From contig JBFWOS010000001.1 in assembly GCA_050250375.1 (NCBI GenBank), forward strand, positions 471,090 to 535,089: a DNA stretch of 64,000 nt, in the 5' to 3' direction. Below, piece after piece: positions 38,697-47,800 of this stretch. Each line of letters opens with the position of its first letter. Position 1 is the first letter of the stretch. The notes beneath the pieces were generated by a model. The model was not told the DNA's origin, did not search any database, and saw only the letters and a program-made list of their open reading frames with translations. The DNA is from Candidatus Omnitrophota bacterium. Its GTDB lineage: Bacteria; Omnitrophota; Gorgyraeia; Zapsychrales; Zapsychraceae. Both the position numbers and the translations under genes were made by a program.

Positions 38697-40478
38697 TTAT
38701 TCCCACTCGATTGTAGCCGGAGGTTTAGAACTGATATCGAAAACCACCCTATTAACTCCGGGAACTTCGTTGATGACACGGTTAGAAATCCTGCCTAACA
38801 CTTCATATGGTATTTGAGCCCAATCGGCAGTCATTCCGTCAGTACTGGTCACACATCTCAAGGCAATAACATTTTCATACGTTCGTTTGTCTCCCATGAC
38901 GCCGACCGTATTTATCGGAAGCAGCACCCCGAAAGCTTGCCATATTTCATTGTATAATCCGGCCTTTTTAATTTCATCCACGATGCGTTCATCCGCCTCT
39001 CGTAAAATTTCCAAGCGTTCTTTGGTAATTTCCCCTAAAATACGGATGGCCAATCCCGGTCCGGGGAAAGGCTGACGTTTAAGGATAGAATCCGGAAGGC
39101 CCAAGTGCTTTCCGATCTCTCTGACTTCATCCTTAAACAACTCCCTAAACGGCTCAATCAATTCCAATTTCATATTTTTAGGGAGTCCACCGACATTATG
39201 ATGGCTCTTAATGACTGATGACGGCCCTCCGGTGGGAGAAACCGATTCTATAACGTCCGGATAAAGTGTTCCCTGAGCCAAAAATGCAATATTCTTTACT
39301 CTTTTTGATTTATCCATGAATACCTGCACAAACTCATCCCCAATAATCTTTCGTTTTTCTTCCGGATCAACGATGCCTTTTAAGCGGTCTAAAAACCGAT
39401 TCTCGGCTGAAGCAACCGTTAAATTTATTTTAAAATTTCCTTTGAAATTACGCTCAACTTTAGCGACTTCATTCTTTCTTAAAAGACCGTTATCGACAAA
39501 AATACAATGGAGTTTCCCCCCTACGGCCTTATGGATCAACATGGCGGCAACGGAAGAATCCACCCCTCCGCTCAACCCCAGAACAACTTTCTTACTGCCG
39601 ACTTTTTCTTTTATCTGCTTTATTGTGCTGTTAATGAATTTATCCATTGTCCAACGAGGTAAACACCCGCAAATTTGAAACACAAAATTTAACAATAGCT
39701 GGGTTCCGCGTTGAGTGTGGACAACTTCCGGGTGAAATTGAACAGCGTAAATCTTCTTTGCCCGGTTGGCCGTCGCAGCAATAGAGGCGTTTAATGTGTG
39801 CGCTATTTTAACAAATCCGGCAGGGAGTTTCTTTATTTCGTCGCTGTGGCTCATCCAGCAAGTAAGGTTGGACGGCAAGTTGGCAAACAAATCTTTATTA
39901 TTATCCACAAATAATTCGGCCCGCCCGAACTCTCTCTCCTGACTTGGCTTAACACTACCCCCAAAATGATGGACAATGGCCTGCATGCCGTAACAGATAC
40001 CAAAGATAGGGAGCCCCAACTTAAAAACTTCTTCTTTCGGCATCGGGGCATTTTGGTCATATACACTCAACGGCCCACCTGATAAGATAAGCCCCTTTGG
40101 TTTCAAAGCCTGGATCTCTTCAACCGAAATATTATAGGGAACAATTTTGCTGAAAACCTTGTTTTCTCTGATACGCCTGGCGATCAGCTGAGTATATTGT
40201 GACCCAAAATCAAGAATTAATATAACATCCTTGCTTTTGATTTTGCTGACTTTAATTGATGCTGCGATTCTGCTTCTTACCTTTTTAAGCTTAGGAACAC
40301 GTCCCATTCTTTTCTTGGATTTGTGTGTTAACCGCGTCTGTAAACTCAATTTTCTTTTTGGGATTTTTTTAGTTACTGGCTTCACTTTAGATTTCTTAAC
40401 TTTCTTTTGTTTGGAGGCTATGGCTGAGTTATTTCCTGAATCTTCCGGGCTTTTAATAGTTTTTGTTCTAGGCGCCAT
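38697..40478 (-). CDS. guaA: GMP synthase (glutamine-hydrolysing) with an ~80-aa Lys/Arg-rich N-terminal extension
   Basis: [39 protein letters not shown] and KPPATIEWE motifs. Confidence 0.97.
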   Translation of the reverse strand: MAPRTKTIKSPEDSGNNSAIASKQKKVKKSKVKPVTKKIPKRKLSLQTRLTHKSKKRMGRVPKLKKVRSRIAASIKVSKIKSKDVILILDFGSQYTQLIARRIRENKVFSKIVPYNISVEEIQALKPKGLILSGGPLSVYDQNAPMPKEEVFKLGLPIFGICYGMQAIVHHFGGSVKPSQEREFGRAELFVDNNKDLFANLPSNLTCWMSHSDEIKKLPAGFVKIAHTLNASIAATANRAKKIYAVQFHPEVVHTQRGTQLLLNFVFQICGCLPRWTMDKFINSTIKQIKEKVGSKKVVLGLSGGVDSSVAAMLIHKAVGGKLHCIFVDNGLLRKNEVAKVERNFKGNFKINLTVASAENRFLDRLKGIVDPEEKRKIIGDEFVQVFMDKSKRVKNIAFLAQGTLYPDVIESVSPTGGPSSVIKSHHNVGGLPKNMKLELIEPFRELFKDEVREIGKHLGLPDSILKRQPFPGPGLAIRILGEITKERLEILREADERIVDEIKKAGLYNEIWQAFGVLLPINTVGVMGDKRTYENVIALRCVTSTDGMTADWAQIPYEVLGRISNRVINEVPGVNRVVFDISSKPPATIEWE

Positions 40479-40517
40479 TATGTACCTTAAAATAGATCAT
40501 GTTTACGGTTGTTTAAT

Positions 40518-41678
40518 TTATTTTCCCATCCCAACTCTTTGTCCGACTTGAAAAACCTTACCTTCCGTTTGTATAGAAGGCGCGATAATCATCTCAACAT
40601 CGTGCATTTCTTTTATGTTGCTTGCCCCTAATGAACCCATGGAGGTTTGTAATGCCCCCACCAAATTTTGTGATCCGTCATCGACTTTAGCCGGTCCGAA
40701 AAGAACCTCTTGTAATGAACCTGTTGTACCTACCCGAATGCGTGTTCCTCTTGGAAGATTTGCATGTGATGTGGCCATTCCCCAATGGTATCCCTGCCCG
40801 GGAGCTTCATTGGTTTTGGCAAAAGCTGAACCAACCATACAGGCGTCCGCACCGGCAGCAAAGGCTTTGCATATTTCGCCCCCAATCCTCATCCCGCCGT
40901 CCGTGATTATGGATACATATCTTCCCGTTTTCTTATAATAATGATCTCTTGCAGCGGAACAATCAACGGTGGATGTTATTTGTGGTACACCTATACCAAG
41001 CACACCTCGAGTTGTACAGGCTGCCCCCGGACCGATTCCCACCAGAAGACCAGAAACACCGATCTCTATTAGCTCTGAGGCCATTTCATAAGTCACACAA
41101 TTTCCCAAAACGATAGGCATTTTAGCTTCTCGAATTAATTTCTCTAAATCAACGATCTTGTATTCCGTGGCAATATGCTTAACAGTAGCGACCGTCGATT
41201 GAATGACAAATATGTCACACCCTGCATCTTCCGCGATTTGACCAAACTTTTTGGAATTTTGTGGGATACAACTTACAACGGCAGGTACTTTCTTCGATTT
41301 TATTTCTAAGATTCTTTTCGCAATTAAATCTTCTTTAACTGGCTGCAAATAAACAGATTGAACAAGCTTTGTGGCTTCCTCGGGTGATGCATTCGCAATC
41401 TGACCCAAAACTTCAGCCGGATTTTCATACCGGGTTTGAATACCATCAAGATTCAATACAGCAATTCCACCCAACTTTCCCATTTTAACAGCAAAATTAA
41501 CATCAACAACACCATCCATCGCCGCCGCTAGTATTGGTACTTTGAACTTTTTTCCACCAATGGACCAGCTCGTATCTACTTCGTTTGGATTAACCGTTAA
41601 CATGCCAGGAACAAGGGCAACTTCATCAAAGCCATAACAACGTCTGGCACGTCTTCCTATACCAATCCATTCGGCCAT
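40518..41678 (-). CDS. guaB3: GuaB3-type IMP dehydrogenase-related protein (no CBS domains)
   Basis: YGFDEVALVPG, GIGPGAACTTR and WGMAT....LPRGTRI motifs. Confidence 0.9.
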   Translation of the reverse strand: MAEWIGIGRRARRCYGFDEVALVPGMLTVNPNEVDTSWSIGGKKFKVPILAAAMDGVVDVNFAVKMGKLGGIAVLNLDGIQTRYENPAEVLGQIANASPEEATKLVQSVYLQPVKEDLIAKRILEIKSKKVPAVVSCIPQNSKKFGQIAEDAGCDIFVIQSTVATVKHIATEYKIVDLEKLIREAKMPIVLGNCVTYEMASELIEIGVSGLLVGIGPGAACTTRGVLGIGVPQITSTVDCSAARDHYYKKTGRYVSIITDGGMRIGGEICKAFAAGADACMVGSAFAKTNEAPGQGYHWGMATSHANLPRGTRIRVGTTGSLQEVLFGPAKVDDGSQNLVGALQTSMGSLGASNIKEMHDVEMIIAPSIQTEGKVFQVGQRVGMGK

Positions 41679-41791
41679 GTCTTTCCTTTCTTAGATCCAA
41701 TGAGTTGTAAATTATTATTTCTGAAATGTTTAGAGTTGAATATCAACAATGCACCTAACATTAAACTAAGCTGGAGTGTGATTAAAGTAAT

Positions 41792-41820
41792 AATATAGTC
41801 ATTTTGGCTGGAATTGTCAA
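41792..41820 (-). promoter_or_regulatory. Sigma70 promoter of guaB3-guaA
   Basis: TTGACA-17 nt-TATATT. Confidence 0.65.
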
Positions 41821-41853
41821 GAACGAAAAATCGAAAAGATTAATTGTCAACTG

Positions 41854-41895
41854 AATAGATCAGCTTAGTTCACAATCGAACTAAGCTGATCTATT
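41854..41895. repeat. Perfect 18-bp inverted repeat with a 6-nt loop, overlapping the stop codon of the giant gene
   Basis: aatagatcagcttagttc-acaatc-gaactaagctgatctatt. Confidence 0.9.
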
Positions 41896-44800
41896 TCTCG
41901 TTTTGCTTTCCTATCTCTTGGATTTAGGGAATCGTAACTGATGGTGTTTGATTCATCTTCAGTCGTGTCTGAAAACCCTAACAACAAAGGCAAGCTGTTA
42001 ATCGGGGTTACATTTATTATAACCGGAATTAATCCGTTAATATTTATTGTATTAATCGAACCATTAAATTTTGGAAAAATAAGCGATCCATCCCCTTTTC
42101 TTTCAATCTCAAACAAATTTGGGTCAAGATCAATACCCCCAAGTTCTTTTTTATTCGCTGTCATGGCGGCATCACTCACACCGATGGCTTCTCGATTAAC
42201 ATTTGCTATCGCAGGATAATTGATTCCGGACGGATCGGCTTGATAAGTCAGCGCCACTAACGCCCCGCTTAACTGGTCATCCGGATAAATGTTCCAAAGT
42301 CCTAACAACTTTCCGGCCGCAAGTATTACGTAAGCCCGATCCCTCCCGGCGACTGTCTCCAACGCGCCAAAGGATAGACCGCTTTCAAGGTTTATCTTCC
42401 GTTCTTTAAGCAGAGATTCCCGTAATGCTCTGATGCCTTCCGTAAACTCAGCGCGATGGGCAAGAACATATTCTTTATTTAAACTCAATAGGATTACTTC
42501 TTCCTTCTCCCACTGAAATGACTCACCTTCACCGGGATTTGCTATTGCATCTTCGAGCAACATAACAAAATCCTCGGATAACATGGATTGATCTTGCTTC
42601 ACAGCTTGGTCGTAATCTATCGTTTGAATTACAACATTCCGTTCTGCTGCGGCTCTTTTAATCATTGCAATTGGTCTTCGCAAATTGGGCATTACTTTTT
42701 CTTTTGTGTAAAAATCAATAACTCTGGGATTCTTATATAAATCAGCAGATAAATAAGCTTGCGCAAGTTTTCTTTCATCTAATGTGACAAAAGATAATCC
42801 TTTATCCAAAAACTGTTCTAAGAATAAATAATTTCCTGGCCAAGCGGTATTCATCCCCACTTGAGAATCTATTTCAATGCCCACTCTAGTAATAACATCT
42901 AACGCTTTTTCTATTGTTTCTGGAACTTTTACACTGTTCAGTTGAATTGCGATATTGTACCCATCGTTCATTAATTCCGAAACTACTTCCATTTCCAATT
43001 GAAACAATTGTTTCCACTTTGCATCATTGACCAAAGCATCTAGGCCGGAATACCCTAAAGCAGGGTTAACTTCTTCCGACAAAAAGGCTTCATGGTTGTC
43101 TAAAGCATCTAGATCGTCCGATTGAAGATCAAAAGTTTCATAAACCAGCCTGGATTGCCGGTCCTTTATCTCAGTTAATATTTTCTCCTTTAATAACTTT
43201 TTGAGTGTTTCTTTTCTCGCTTGAGAATTCTCGCCTACAAAATAACTTAACGGATGAACGCCCTGTTCTTTATGAAAATTGGACGAACTGAAGCGCTGGT
43301 TAAAATTGACAGAAATTGTATCCACACTTTCTTCCATAACTTCAATTTCACTGGCAAGATCTACGACATTAACTCTAACATCCTGGCGGTCTCGGAAAAT
43401 TATCCCGCTGTTAAAATCAATGGTTAATAAGTCACCATCTTTTTTTCTACGCTCCATTCTTTTCGTCACCTCAACTTGCGTTCGAATGACGGGCACCCCT
43501 AATTGTTCAATGGCCGCGATATATTTCTCCTGACCATGAAAATGCTCGACCGCCCCATAAATAACTGCTCCTAACCGGCTAAGTTTTTCACGCACACCTT
43601 CATCGGCCACTTGATAATTTACGACCACTTTACCATCAACTACGTGAGATGATTCTTTTAATTCAAATTTTAATTCACCGGTTAACACAACAAAATCCCC
43701 GATATAACTTTTCCCTAATTCGGTCACACCGTTCACCATGTAAACAGGCCGGGTCGCTGCACCTTTTGACACTGTTGATGAAAATTGTTCACCTATGGCA
43801 AAATTTACAGCCCCTTCCTCTAATTCAACCGGGCTGTCCACGACTCCATGTTTTAATGTAGCACTTGCGGATCGTATAATTGACGCCAAAGTCCCCAAAT
43901 AATCTGTCCCGGCGTACCCTCCCGTCTGACCTAACATTATAAGGATTGTTTCCGCCGCTTCCGGATTGATATTAACCAAATTGACTAACGCCTGCCCGCA
44001 GAGCCCGCATTTCGCTTCCGCTTCTTTAGCGATGTTGGCCACATGTCGAATTGACTCGATAACAAATGGATGCGCTTCACTGAATAAGTAACGCATCGCC
44101 GGATTATCACGGTCAGCTCCCAAGGTCAACTGGGTCAAATCATTCGTCCCGAAAGAGAGAAAACTCTTTCGATAAATTGTTTTGCCAAATTCCCGAACAA
44201 ACCAATCCTTTTGGTTCTGTTCATGGTCTTTTAGTACCTGGATAAACTCATCGGCCTGAATGACGTTACTGGGTAATTCCGTCATTTGCCCGACCTCACG
44301 CAAATTAACAACACGTCCCAACTGTTTGCTCATATTACGTTCTTCTTCATCCAGAATATTCATCAATTGGTCCAACTCTCCCGGAGTAGAAACAAACGGA
44401 AAGAAAAACCCTATATTGTTATACCCACGGACAACCTGCCTGAGAATCATCCTGATTTCTTCGCGTAAAATTATTTCATTCTCCGGCTGAAGCAGCCAGC
44501 GAGCTCCGCGTTCACCAATCATAGTGGAGACTTCCGGGACCGGGTCGAAAATTATAGACCCGATCAATTCTCGTGCTTCGTTCTTCTTGAAATCTATACT
44601 CCGATACAAGACAGTATTGTCATCAACATTATTGGCTGCCGCCATGCTGGCAATTGCACCCCCATGAACCGCTTCAAAAAATTCATTATATGATAAATAC
44701 CCCAACATTTGTTTCGTTGCCGCTTCAATCTCGCCGGAATGCTCACGAATTAGTTCGACATCTTTCTGTTCATATTCCCCCAAGCTCTCGAGAAATGCTC

Positions 44801-47800
44801 GTGCATTGGTGTCTTCAAACTCTTTAATTTTTAATTCGGATTCATCAAAAAGAACTTCTACCCCCGAATCCCTTAATTTTGAACGTGAAGTAAGGTGTGC
44901 CCTGAATTTTTCCAAAGCCGCCCTCTCTGCGTCACTTAACCCTTTATTATACCGTCGTGCCGGAGGATTATCTTTCTTCGTTCTAAGGTAATGGTAAACG
45001 AGAAGATTGTCATACGCCCGCCCGAAACGCGGGTTAATATTTTCCTCTGCGTAGGCAAATTCTCCCCGCATCAAAGCGACACCTGAAAAACCTTTATATT
45101 GGGAAATCTTGGACATGGCCAACATAGGGTGCGGCATTCCCATAATATATCCGATCCGAGTATAAATCTCAGGGAGCCTGTCCAGATTGATTTCAATATC
45201 ACGTTTGCTGATGGGCAATTCACCAGCATAAACCATACCAAAACCTGTCTTTTCATTGGCGTTGGCATCTACTGTAACGACATTACCGGTCGTGTTAATG
45301 TAATTGATAATCTTTGTCGCTTCTTCAACTCCAACTTCAGACTCAAGTTTATTGACCCAGGTTTGGATACCGACGACGGTCGCAATTCCAAGCTCCCTGG
45401 ACATGACTGCGGCGTGTGACGTGGCTCCGCCCACATCGGCAATAACTCCCATGACATTCTTGGTTTGCAACACTGCGTTATAATCCGGCGTTGTTTCCCT
45501 GGTCCGGATAATAATCTTTTCACCACTTAACGCCAAAGCTTTAATTTCTTCAAATTGAGAGGGCAAACTTTTATCTTCAGTGATCCTGTATATTATTCCT
45601 GAAAAACTGTTTCTTGTCGCTATCCCCTGGGCAACCAGCTGACCTAAAATCAAACCGGTCTCTTTGCCACTATCGTCCAATACCGGATCCTTCTTTTTCT
45701 GAATTGATTCAAGATCTTTTTCTTTAACATAGGTATAACTGATTTTAATTCTATTTGCTTCTTTCACATCACCATGCACATTCGACGGCCTGCGCTGTAC
45801 AGTTACCGCTGTATTGTCTCGGCCAAAATTTCGCCCGATCGCACCTTCCATGTCGACCAAATGCCCATAACCTTCTGCCTTTTTCATAAATTCTTTTGCA
45901 ATGGCGATTACCTGACTCTCCGTCACGGAAAATGAATTTCTCTTTTCTTCGGAAACGTCCGTAAACATCGTCTTAATTTCTCTATCTTTGAGTCTTGCTT
46001 TCAAAAGATGTATTAACAACTTAACTTCTTCTTGGCTATACGTGAATGACTCCAAATCTTCTTTACTTATTTCATTAATTGTACTATCAACAGTCAACTT
46101 CACTAACCGTTGAAGAACATTGTAAATCTGATCGTTCTCCACGCCATTTTTAACGCCAACTAATGGGCCGGAAACATTTCCTGTTTCTAGTAAGATTAAA
46201 TATCTTTCGAAAGACTCATCGGAAAGCCCAAGGCGTTCGTAAACCGGAAACGTGTATACAGCCTGCACCGTTTTTGTCCCAAGCTGTCTGTTTAATATGT
46301 TGACATGTTGCCCGGTCTCATCCTCGAAAATATGAACCAGGAAAGAATCAGGAGTCGTTACCCCCTGGACGATAGATTCTCCGATTCCATAATTCGTTGT
46401 AATTGTAGCCACCCGCCCTCTGTTTGAATATTGCTCTTTCGGTATACCCTGAAACCCAAGAGCAGTCCACTCACTGGCAATATCATGCCCCATAATGACA
46501 AAAGAACTATCAACCCCGGCCATAGGCATAACAGTCACACCCATGGCAATGTTTTCAACATCAAGATAAAACTTCCGATTCTTACTCACTATTCCTGCCT
46601 CATGAGAAAAACCATTTCTTAGTAATGCATCGCGCAATTTGACGGACGTAACGATATTAAAATTGTGGTCTCGCAGCGCCTCTCCCACCAATAAATCTAC
46701 GGCATTGGAACTCTGATTCAATTTTTCAATAATTTCTGCCGCCCGTTCTTTTTCAGTAAGGATTTCATCAAAAGACACGATAACCATCAATGTATCTCTG
46801 TATTTCAGTACTTGTTCCGTATACAAAGATGAAATATCATCCCTCCAGCGTCTAACCGTAGCCTCTTCTCCCCCCTCTCCTAAATAACTGTCATGCTGTC
46901 CGGCATTGGACCCAACATTTACATTGGTCAGTACTTTAAACGCATACGCGTTATCTTCTGCTTTTCCTGAACTCCGGATGGCAACTAATTCTTGGCTCGT
47001 AAGATTAACTAACTCTGTATAAGCCTCACGCAGATCTTTTTGAATGTCCTCGGGAATATCATAACTCACAACTAACTTACGAATCTGCTCTTCTGCCTGC
47101 ACGCGCCCAAAATCATCGGCAACATCTAAATTATCAAGGATAGCATCAATTTGCGGCAAAAGATCCGGATGGAATTTCATAAATTTTGTTGATGCCGTGG
47201 TCGTTCCACCGAAACTGCGCAAATTGTTGTTCGGATCATCCGACCAATAAACACCTTGCTGGTATGTCTTCCCACCGACTAGTTCTTTTCCTCTGACTTC
47301 ATCAAGAATGGAAGATTCGTAATCCCACACTACGTTTTTCTGGAGAAGGTCTTGATAATACCGGTCAAGAAAACGCCCAACCGCTTGTTTAATTACCTCA
47401 TCTAACCGATTATCAACTAGTTCTTTTTCAATTTTCTCGGCTTTCGTTTCTCCCGTCTCAACCGCCAAATCATAATTTTGTGGCTGACCGTCATAAACAT
47501 CACTGGCCATCATGTAAGCCACAAATTCTCGAAGCAATAAATAATCCAGCATTTGTTCATCACCGGATACTTTTAAATCCTGAATTAATCCCGCTCCGAT
47601 ATAAATGGTTTTATTACTCAAACCAACATGGGCCACTTGATATTGATCAGATTTTCGCATGACCAAAGCAGGTGAGCCATTTTTCAAATCCTCAACCGCA
47701 ACAATCTGTATCCCTTCAAGTAAACTTCCCAAACGAGTTATATCAACCCCATTATTCGCTAATACAACTTTTACCCTAGAATCATTCAATATGGCTCTGA

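Noticed and set aside
41679-41790. Purine riboswitch in the guaB3-guaA leader
   Set aside because: The conserved purine aptamer core (TATAAT...GATATGG...GTTTCTAC...CCGTAAA) is not present; only a weak AT-rich hairpin is visible.
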